Positions 37,845 to 47,800 of a stretch of DNA of 64,000 nt are shown here, piece after piece (the first letter of the stretch is position 1; each line of letters starts with the position of its first letter). The notes under the pieces were generated by a model. That model saw only the letters and a program-made list of their open reading frames with translations, made no database searches and was not told the origin of the DNA. A program made the translations under genes and the position numbers. The stretch comes from Raillietiella orientalis (Eukaryota): contig JAYWIR010000026.1 in assembly GCA_036172245.1 (NCBI GenBank), positions 1,426,001 to 1,490,000 on the forward strand. The letters are read 5' to 3'.

Positions 37845-40665
37845 ACGAGCACCCGGGAAAAGTTGCTCGCGAAATTATTGTCGGAGCGACTGGAGCGGGC
37901 GGCGGAAAGCTTCATCATCCCGGAGCAGACATACGCTGCTCCCGGGCGGAGCATGCACGCCAACCTGCTCTTCGTGAACACTTGGTTCGAGTTCCAGCGG
38001 TGTAGAATAAACAAAGGGAACACGGTCGGCACTCCGATTTGCGGGACGTCCGCTGGTGGTTCGCGGGATGGTCGGGAGCTCCAGGGGCCCTCGCGGTCGC
38101 AGTCGACTCGAGGAAAGCTTTCGATTTTCACCCGGGTTTCGCCGGGGCGTTTATTAAAAAATGAACTTTCACAAAGACGTGCTGTGGCTGGACCAGTGAT
38201 CCAGCCACTCCCGAAGAAACAACACAGAACCTGCCAGGTCACCAGTTCGCAGACCGGTACGGTCCACCACGGCAGCAGGGGGAAGGGGGAAAAACAAAGA
38301 AACTAAACAAAAATGAAAAAAAACGTAGGAGGGTGCGTTGCATCCTTCGCAGGATGCCGGCAAGCTCTTCCTGTATGTTTGGATCCAGGTGGGGCCATAG
38401 CGACGCCCTCCTCAAAAATTCGGCGGCGTGCTGGATGGCACCCTTATCGCGAGGTCCTCCTGTAGCCTTGCTCCAAGCGGCGATGATCCCGCGTAGGCAG
38501 CACAGGGCTGCTAAGGAGGTCGAAGGGCGTCGGCGACGAAAAGGGCTTTCAAGGTGTGTCCCTGGGGTTGCCGCAGGGAGGAAAGCTTTCGATTGCGCAG
38601 ACCAGGAGCTCCTGCTGGAGCTTCTGGAACGCTTGGGCTTCCCGGCCTCTTTAATGGCCTTTCTGCGCTGTTGCTGGCGCGATGCGCTGACCAACATTTC
38701 TTTTAGTGGAAGAAACGTGCTCGTTGTGCCGGTGCACCGCGGGATACGGCAAGGTGACAGCTTGAGCCCCTTGCTTTTCAGCACCTACTTCGAGCTGGTG
38801 CTGAGGGCGTACAAGGAGACTCTAGCTCGCCTGCCTCTCTTGTGCCCAGGTCCACCGGCCGTTGCGTCGTATGCAGACGATCTTCTGCTGCTGCTCCCCA
38901 TGTCCACTCCGGCGTCGGCTGTCGAAAATTTTTTCGAGCTACTGCGCCACGGTACAGGACTGGAGGTGAGCAGGGCGAAGTCGTCCGTGGTTGCAGTCGG
39001 TTCGTCGTGGGCACGGCAGCAGGACTGGTTCCGCTTGGGGAACTCCACGGTGCGGTACTTCAAGTACCTTGGTGTGCCGTTGGGGGGCTACTCTCCGGAG
39101 GAGGCGTGGTCCAGCTGCCTCCAAAAGGCCGAGAAGGCGATCGGCCCGTTCCTGGATGGCGAGTTTTTCTTGCCGGAACGGGCCGTGGTGTGGAACACTT
39201 CGTGGCCCCCCTTTTTCGCTACTTGCTTTTTGTTTGCCCCCCACCCTGCGGTGTAAAAAGGAGGACAAAGGACTTCCTAAGGAATGCCCTTTGGGGCAGG
39301 GGGAGGCTCCGAGTCCGCCTTAAGGACTTGTGCACTTCGCGTCGCGACGGAAGCCTCAGCCTCCTGACGCTGAAGCTGCAGCTCCAGTTCAGAACGTTAG
39401 CCCTAGTGGCGAAGTTGTGGAGCACCAGCTGGTGCGAGCCTGCACGACACCTGGTTCAGCGAGCCAGTGGCTGCGCGGGACTGTCTACCTTCCTAGCGCG
39501 CCGCAAACGTCGGTACCTGTTCCACTGCGGACTGGGGCTCCGGCGAGTGGTCAAGCTGGCCAGGGCGAACACCTGGATCTCCTGCTGGCTCGCGAACGGC
39601 ACTGCCTGGTTGCAGGAAAGCCTTCGCATATGGGCCCAGATTGAGGGAGCGAGCCCGGAGTTGCGGCAGCGACCGCTGAACTCCTTTTACAACAGCCGCT
39701 CGCTGCAGGACATCATCGTGCAGCCCGCTTTGAGTGCATGGGCTGAGAGGATCTCCCTAGCTGCGGCTCTGCTCTAGGGAGCACCTGGGCAGTAGTCAAC
39801 CGGCCAAGTGGCAGGTCCGATGTAGAATCTCCATGGGAGAGAGGGAACAAGGTGGTTGGACCACGGGCCAGCTGACTGACGCTGCGACCCCAAGTGCCCC
39901 AACGAAAGGACTGTTGCGCTGGGGCGAGCTGCTGAGCATCCTGCTGTATGTACTCGAGTGGCCCCTAGTGCTGAGGAATACCCGGACCCTCTCCCTTAAA
40001 TGGCAGGAGTCTGCGTTTCTGGTGTTGCATTGGGGACTCCCCAGCAACGCCTGCCGATCTCACTGGACGAGGGGGGCAGTGGACCCGAACTATGTCAGGT
40101 GCAGGATACGGGAATCCCTCCCACACCTGCTTCTTGACTGTGTTGCCCTCCGGCCCCTGTGGTTGCGTTTCACAACGGCCCTTGGTGCAACCATGAACTG
40201 CCCTAGAGACGTATTGAAGCGCCTCTTTGTGCACGACGCCCATTCGCCTGCTGCAGCCCTTGCAGCCCTCTGCTGCCTACGAGGGATTGTGGCGGTCTGG
40301 AGCACGCCACTGGTGGACCGAACGATAGGGACGCCATCTGCTCCGCCCTGCGCTTCCTGAGTACGGCAGCCAGATGGTCCCATCTGGGACGTATGCAGAC
40401 TGAACTTGCCGGCATCCTGGAAAGGATGTAGAGGACGACCCCAGCGGAACGTGATCCCTTCCCCACCCACCCTGCTTTTGTAAATAGTGTTTTCTTTTTT
40501 TTGGTTTTTATTTGTCCCTTCCCCCTCCGCTGCAGAGTCGAACTCGCCGGCCTGTGCGCTGGCTACTCGGCAAGTCTAGAATTCTTGTCGGACGTTGTAG
40601 GGCCCATGGCCCTACACATGTTTATTTGTTGTTGTTGTAATAAACGCCCCGGTGCATCCGGGTCT
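37845..40665 (+). mobile_element. L1/Tx1-clade LINE ORF2 (reverse transcriptase + zf-RVT-like C-terminus), disrupted; copy C
   Basis: It reads KLLAKLLSERL...PEQTYAAPGRSMHANL, AVDSRKAFD (split by a nested insertion), RGIRQGDSLSPLLF, YADD (38870-38881) and FKYLGV. A frameshift near 39200 leads to LW...LCTSRRDG.L, a TAG stop at 39775, then HWGLP...C..RESLPHLLLDC. The 3' UTR ends AATAAACGCCCCGGTGCATCCGGGT. Confidence 0.93.
38127..38577 (-). mobile_element. Nested 451-bp 3' fragment (copy B) of the same LINE family, flanked by a 17-bp TSD
   Basis: It encodes LAALCCLRGIIAAWS...WPHL...EELAGILRRM, homologous to 40260-40430. The direct repeat GAGGAAAGCTTTCGATT lies at 38110-38126 and 38578-38594. Confidence 0.92.
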
Positions 40666-43600
40666 TATAGAAGGAGTAGCCGGGCGCGCTTGCTGGCAGC
40701 TTGCTGACGGGCACCGCGTCTCCTCGCGGACTCCTGTGGGGTTGCCTCTGGAGAGGCGACACCCGCGAGCGGTGGGCGTGTCCGAGTAGTCAGTGGCGGT
40801 GCGGAGGGCCTACCGGAGCCCCCTCTGGAGCTCGACGTTCCCAGCGCGCCCACAAGATGGGAAAAAATCCCTCTCCTCGTGCATCGGCGACGCCCAACTT
40901 CGTTGACAAATGCAGCGTGGGCTCACCCTACCAGCAGCCCCGACGCTTGGCGGAGGTAGGGGTGAACGGCGAGGGCGCTGCGAAGCCGTCCCGGAGACGC
41001 CTCCGAGCCCGGCCTCCGGTCGCCACCCGGCTGGCGCGTTGATCCCCAGAGGCAGCCGGTTGCGGGACGCGCTCTAGTTGGCGGCTTTACAGAGTGTGAC
41101 CGGCGTCGTCTGCCGCCGGGCCAGTCGAGCTAGGAGGGTGCGCCTCGGGGACGGGGCGCGTGAAGGCGGAGAGGGAGAAGAGAAGGGGAGGGAAGGGGGC
41201 TTGGAAGCCGTGCTTTCGAAGGAGAGCTCCCACCCGCAGCCCTGCCGACGGAAGGAGGGATGCGGAGCAAGGCCTCCCGTCACTCTGGTGTCGCCGCCCC
41301 TCGCTCTCGCGGTCACTCGCGCGGCGCGTGCGCCTCGCAAGTGGGGCGATCCGTCTGAGACCGGCGACGTCCTCGGTCGGAAGCGCAACTGCTGCGAGCG
41401 CCTCGCAGCGGCGGCGCTTCTCCCCCCCCCCCCCCCGTACTCCCTCCGTAGCGTTCGTCTCGCCGCGGGCTGCTGTTGTGAGGGGATGGCGCGAGGAGCA
41501 GGCCAGGGAAGGGGGCGGTGGCGGCGCTGTCTCCGCTGAGCCCGAGGGCGTCTGTTTGCTTGGCGTCAACACGGCCTTTCTATTTGCCAGGAAGTCGCGC
41601 CCGCGCGAGAAAGGACTCGAGGGCGCGCCGGATGGGGAACACCACTACCGTCATCTGTCCGGAGCTGACCTCCAGGTCGTCCTGGACACTGTTGTCTTTG
41701 GAGGTGGAGGTCGACCGTCCGCCTCCGGGGGTCCCGCTGCGCGCGCTGGCGGGCATTCTGGAGGGGCGGCGGGAGGGAAAAGAAGGTGGGAATCCAGGCA
41801 GACTGGCCGGAAAGGGGGGGGGGACGCAGGAAGGGACCGAAGACCGGGTAGCTCCGACAACGCCCGGCCGTGAGTTCGCTGGACGTGCACGACGACCCAC
41901 GCGGGCTGCTGCCGCTCGGACGACGGGTCTCTGGGATGGTCGCAGCGGAAACCCCCCCTCTCGTCTTTCTCTCCGACGAGATGGAAACCGGGACGTGGGA
42001 GATAGGCGGCATCGATGGTACGGACGGGCGGGTCCGACACCGTGGCAACCGTGCGGAACGGGACCGTTCCCTTTCCGTTGGGTCCAGGCGCGCCTCAGAG
42101 ACTTTCCAGCTCCTCGCCCTGCCCCTCGGAGCGGCCTCCGGCTAGAGGTGCACTTCCGGGAGGCGGCTTCCGCCCCCCGCGCGAGTCCCAGGGTCACGCG
42201 CACCAAGGATTCCTCCCGCGGAGCGAGACGGAAAATCCTCCTCTGCTGCTGCTGGACCTGAGGGCTCCTGCCCTCGCCGGGGCTGCCGGGAGACCTCTGC
42301 AGGCGCAACGGGGAGAGGACTGACGGTTGCTGGGTGGACCTCCTCACGTCTGCCGCGCACACGCTCGAGAGAAGGATGGATCTGTGGGGGTGCCGTGGCC
42401 GGCGGAGACGATGACTACGCGGGGTGGCCCGAGGGCAAGCGGTGCGACGGGCTTCCCTGCGGCCGCTCCCCGATCAGAACGAGGAGGCGCGCAGGAAGCC
42501 TGCGGAGGCACGGAGAGAAGCCGGCGCGCGAGCGCGGCCTCTCCCGTGCGGCGAGGGGAGGGCAGGGAGATAGAGAGGGTCTCCAGACAGGACGAACTCC
42601 TGGGCAGGTTCTGCAGAAGAGGGGCGAACCTGCTTTCCGGCGGCGAACCCCGAGGGATCCGTCTCGGGCCCGGCCCGAGGGACCGCCTGGGGAGCCGCAT
42701 TGGATGCAGCGGGCCCCCCGAACGTTCAGGGCCCCCCGCCACCGGCCAATCGCCTGCACCGCTCGCTTTCTCGGGTCGCGCGTCCCTTCCGGCGGGCTTC
42801 CCTCGGGCCAGGAGGGCGTCGCGCGCACGAGAAGGCACGCACCCCTCCCTTTCTTTCCGCTGGCCAGTGGCCGGCCCTTTCGAGAATGCGGCAGCGACCC
42901 CGCCGCGGACGACGACGTCAAGACCAACTCTTCCGCCTGCGCGCGTGCGATTTATTGGCCCTGCGCGCCCGAAGCCGGGGGAGGGGAGGAGGGGGAGGAG
43001 AAGGGGTATTTTGCCTCCGGCTCCTCGTGGCGCAGTTCAAGTCGAGGTGCCGCTCGAGATGAAATGAAGAAAAAGGACGCCTTCTGAGAGTAGAGCGCCG
43101 TATCTTGGTGATGGAAGGGGGGAACTGTTTCGCCCCGATTGGCCGGGAAACTCCGGGACCGCGTCAGGGAGAGGTGACCATCGCTCCCTCAAGGGTGTGT
43201 GGGAAGGTGGGGGGGTAGATGGACGAGACGCGGAGCAAAGGGGAGCGCAGCTCTGGGAACCCTGCCGAAGACCTTTCTTCGGCCCGATCCTGGTCGCGTC
43301 TCTGGCGTCTATTTCCGGGCATTGCAAAGGCGGGGGTAGGGGGTAGGGAAGGGAAGGTACGCAGCGCGCGAGGTGATCAAAAACAGAAGAATTCCTACGG
43401 GGAATGCAAAAAAAAAGGCAAAAACAAAAAAAAAGAGGAGAAGATAAACGGCGTCGACGGGTCTACCTCGTGCGGCGGCAGCGCTCGTGCGCGGACAGCG
43501 GGCAATCGCGAAAGTAAAATCCCTTCCTGGTCGCGCGGGCGAGCGATCGCCGGAGGTGGAAAATTAGCGCGCCCGCGCATCGGCGCGGCGGCGTCCTTCT

Positions 43601-44824
43601 GTTCCGTCAAGCATGCGGGAAACCGTGAGCTGACGTCACGTGTTTGCGCTCCGCGGGTTTGTTTGTTTGCCCAACAATCGATCAAACGAAGATGCACTTG
43701 GGCAGCGAGCGCGCCGGTTTTGCTGCGTACGACTGCGGGCGCGTTTCCCGGGAGACGGAAATGCGGACACGGGCTGTCGCTTGCGCGCGCGCGCGCCCTC
43801 GTCCGCCGTCCATGTGATGCGTGCGAGCCCTCACGTGCCGCTTGAGCACGCGCAGGCAAAGTGAGTCCATGGGTGTGCGTGCAACCCGACATCCGCTGGT
43901 ACGCGCGCGCGCTCACGAGTGTGTACATGCGTCCTCCCTCCCCCCCTCCTCCTCTTCCGGGGAACGCAGTCCCCATCGTACACCTGCACGCGAGCGCAGT
44001 CGTATACAAAACGGCAGGCTCCGCAGCGGACGACGATGCGCTGACCTCGCACGTGCGCGTGCGCGGCGGGTGCAGTACCGCTCCGACAGCCCTGGGCGAA
44101 ATCGCGACGTCTTGCGTCTCGCGGGAGGCGCCGCAGTCGCCGTCACCCGGCAACGTCGGTGCAGAGCAGTTTGTCGGACAAGAGAAAAGAGAGAGAGAGA
44201 GAGAGAGAAGAGGAGGAGAGAGAGGAGAAAGGAAGTGATGAGATGGGGGAGGCTTCCATTTATCTCGCGGAGGAGCATCGCCGACACGCTCGCGCTTTGC
44301 ATAACAGCGCGAAGACCAGCCGCCCGTCCCCGTGACGTAGCCGCGCCTGGCTGCGCGCGTGCCTCTACGCTCGCGCGCGTCCTTGCTCCGGGGGGCGGGA
44401 GACGCGGGAGCAGGGGAACGGGGAAGGAAGCGCCCCGTCTGCGAGAGGAGGAAGGGAGGGATGGGGTTTCCGCGGAGACCTTCCTCCCGGGGGGAACGTC
44501 CAGCCCTGAGCGGGCGGCACGGCCTCCTGGGGATGGACAACGGGAGAAAAGGGCGGGAGGAGCGGGACGACACGAAGTGGCGGTAGCGAGGACTCGGTGG
44601 CAGTGGGCGCGGCTTTTTTTCGGGCGGGCGCGCACGGCGTCCGACCGAGAGAGAGAGTGTGCGCTCGCGCGCGCGGCGCGCCCGACAGTCGCCACCGCCT
44701 GCGCCACGAAGCGCGGCCGAGCGACCTGCGGGCCGCGGCGGAAAGGCGGCGGCGGCGGCGGCGGCCGTCGGCCAGTCGGTCGAGCGCTCGTGACGACGCC
44801 GGTCGCGTCGCTTCCGGAAAGCCC

Positions 44825-47800
44825 ATGGAGCGGCCACGAGACTCCGTGGCGGCGGCGGCGGCGGCACAGCCGCCGCCCGCGCGCGCCCTTCGCCCGCTGC
44901 TTCTCGCCTTCGCAGCGGCCCTCCTTGCGGCGCGCCCGTCCGCGCAGCTGCCAACGACGACGCCCGGGGAGGAGGCGCCGGGAACGACTGCTGCTGGCGC
45001 TGCCGACGACGAGCTACTCCTGGAAGTGTTCCGCGGCGGGCAGAACGCGGTGATCCTCAGAGTCAACAGGACCACCCTCCCGGACCCGAAGTCCCTGGAC
45101 GCGCTCGTGAAGGGGCGCCCCGGGGACGGGGGCGCGTCCATGGCGGCGGAGGAGGAAAAGGCCGCCGCCGCCCTCGACGACGTCTTCGAGCGGCTCCTGG
45201 AGAGCATGGAGCTGCAGATCTGGGAGAACGAGGTGTTCCCTAACGACACTAGGACAGGCCGAGCCCGGGGCATCGCCCTCGACTTCCCCAAGCGGACGCA
45301 GGACTTCTTCAAGTACCGCGTGCCCTTCACCCAGTCGCAGCTTCGTAAGTGTGAGCGCCCCTCGCGCCCTTGCTCTCCCCTTCCCCTCGCACAAGGACGC
45401 CGACGCGACCCCCACGGGAGAGGGGGCGGGGTCTTCGCCGGCCGCATGGCGGTCCGGGTCGGACCACCGCGCGGATGCCTCGGTAGAGAGGAAGAAGCGC
45501 CGCCGGGATGACTCTGGCGAAGCGGAAGGGAACCCGGGAAGACATTCTGGCTGCGACGAGGTCGCCTGCATGTCTCCCGGCTCGCTACCTTGCCCGGGAG
45601 CGAGAATAACGGAGCTCCCGGGGATTCTTGGGCGATTAAATGGGGGAAGCGCCCGAACTTGCGTCTCCCACTCCTTGGCAGCACCGAGGAGAACTCTCCC
45701 TTTGCCCGAAGGGAGCTCCGACTTGGGTCACAGATTCCTGGGGGTCCCTGCAAGCAAGCGCCGCCGAAAGCGCTCCCTGGTGGCGCGCATCGTTTCCCTG
45801 ACGACCGCCGCAGGGCGGAACGGCCCCTAGAACCGCCGCCACCGGAAGGGTGGGGGTGAGGGCAAGGAGGAAGCGTGCGTCCCACTGCAAGGGGTCTGTA
45901 GGGGCAGCTTCTACCCCTTTTCGCCTTCGCGCTCCCAGCTGGCACGGGGACGGAGGGCAGGGTCCTGTCGGAAATGTCCGAGTGGCGGGAAGCGTGCCTA
46001 GGCGGGTGACCTGACCCTCAGAGCCTGGTGCCACGGTCCTATCTTTCCCTGAGGCACTCCGCGGGTTTCCAGAAGACAGGAGAAGGCGGGAGGGGAGGGA
46101 GCGTTGCTATCGCTCCCTCGCAGGGGTGGAGGCTACAGGAGACGCGGTAACTGGGCAACTGCCCCCCCCCTCCTCCGGAACTTCATCCTCCCCTCTCCTC
46201 CCGTCGTCCGCCAGAGCCGATGATCCAGGGAACCGCCGGTCAACGAGAGTTTCTGCGGTCCGGGATTGCGCGACCTCACCTGCGAGCTTTGAGCAAGCCC
46301 CTCCCCCCCCCCCCCTCTTCGCCCGATCCAGGAAAATCCTCCAGCCGACTGGGAGGGACTCTCCTATGCCGGGCAAGACGGGGAGGAGGTGGGACATAGA
46401 GAGGGTGAGCATAGGGGGGGAGATGGGCGGGCGGGCGGCTCCTTTCACACCGAGAACGACCACCTGGAGGGCCGAGAGTGAGCGGCAAAGATGCGGGCGT
46501 TCCTCCCTGGAGGGACGAGTCTACCCTCGAGGAAAGGGCGAGCGGGCTCTACCAAGGATGGACGTCGCCGCGGTCCTCCTCTCTAAGTGCTCCAGGGTGG
46601 AGGAGCTTGGCGAGGTGGAGCCGTGCCCGCCGGTGGAAGGGCGGGACCGGAGGGACCGGCACTGAACCACGAAGTACACCGGCCCCGAGGAGGGCGCGTC
46701 CCTGCTCCTCGCTGCGCCGCCGCCGCGCTCCCGCTGACATCTGCTCTCGCGGGGGCGGGCGGGACTGGAGAAGTGTCGAAAGGGCTTCTTCGGATTAGGG
46801 ATGGGGGCTGTTGGGAGAAGGAGGGGTCACCAGAAGGACCCTTCCAAGTCTCCGCAGGGCTGTTTCTCCTGGACGGGGGGAGGGGCGTCTGTCGCACCGA
46901 GGGGCACCGAGGGGTTTCCTCCTCCCCCACCGTCTCTGATCGCGCGGGGACCCTCGTGGGTCGATCCCCGGGAGCCCAGCGGCTCGGTGCTCCTGACCGG
47001 GCAACGAGCCGAAGGGGCGTCGGGGGCGTGCGCGACCTGACTCACCCCTGGGAAGTCGCCTTCGTGGGAAAGCGGAGGAGGACCGAGGGAGAAGGGCGTG
47101 GGCTGCGAGACGGCCTGAGCGCGCGATGACGTCACGCCGCTGCCGGCGGCGCTGCCCCGGCCGAGCGCCCCTGCGCGGGAGAGAAGAGAGGCCCTGCGGC
47201 TGACCCGCCTTCAGGGGCGGTGAGTGCGGGTGCGGGTGGAAGAAGGGCTCCTGAGGGGAACTCAGGGGTGACCCAGGCTTGACCTCCCTCTTCCCTCGGC
47301 AGGAGCGCCGAGGAGGTTCTCTGGAGTGCCGTGTCCCATCCGAGTTCCCTTTGCTGTGTCCTCCTCCCCCCCGACCTGGCCTTTCCTGCTTCCCGGTTGC
47401 CCAGAAGAGCTCCCGCAAAGTCCTTCGGAGACCGTTTCCTTACTCTTCGGGGTGAAGCGGTTGGGGGAGCTGCTTCCTGGAAGGGATGCGTGCGGGAGTC
47501 CCTTAGGGCTCCTCCCCCAGGAGGGCGTCGAGCTGGCGCTCCCCAGGCTACATGGGAAGAGGGGGAGGTCGTGCCTGTTAGTGTCCGACCCTCGAGGGTC
47601 CGAGTGGGGAGGACACCCTTCCCTCGGGGGCTCTTCCTCGCTCGGTCGGCGCCGCCTTCCCACTGGTCCGCGTCGTCGTCCTCTACCAGGTCGTCCCTCG
47701 AAAGGGGAAGGGGTGGTGGGGTTGGAGGCTTCCTGACCACTCCTCTCATTCCAGAGCTGTCCCTGGGGTCGTCTCCCATCAGCCTGATGGATATCGCCAG

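Larger units (their letters stand above)
37268..41466. repeat. ~500-bp inverted repeat pair: 37268-37763 and 40957-41466
   Basis: Long near-identical reverse-complement blocks, e.g. GACCGAGGACGTCGCCGGTCTCAGACGGATCGCCCCACTTGCG and GCGGCAGACGACGCCGGTCACACTCTGTAAAGCCGCCAACT. The ORF track also gives the same peptides on opposite strands. Confidence 0.92.

Noticed and set aside
40646..40664. The conserved GCCCCGG after AATAAAC as a specific genomic target site
   Set aside because: The TSD-bounded copy at 38127-38577 shows this motif lies inside the element, and the downstream flanks differ among copies.
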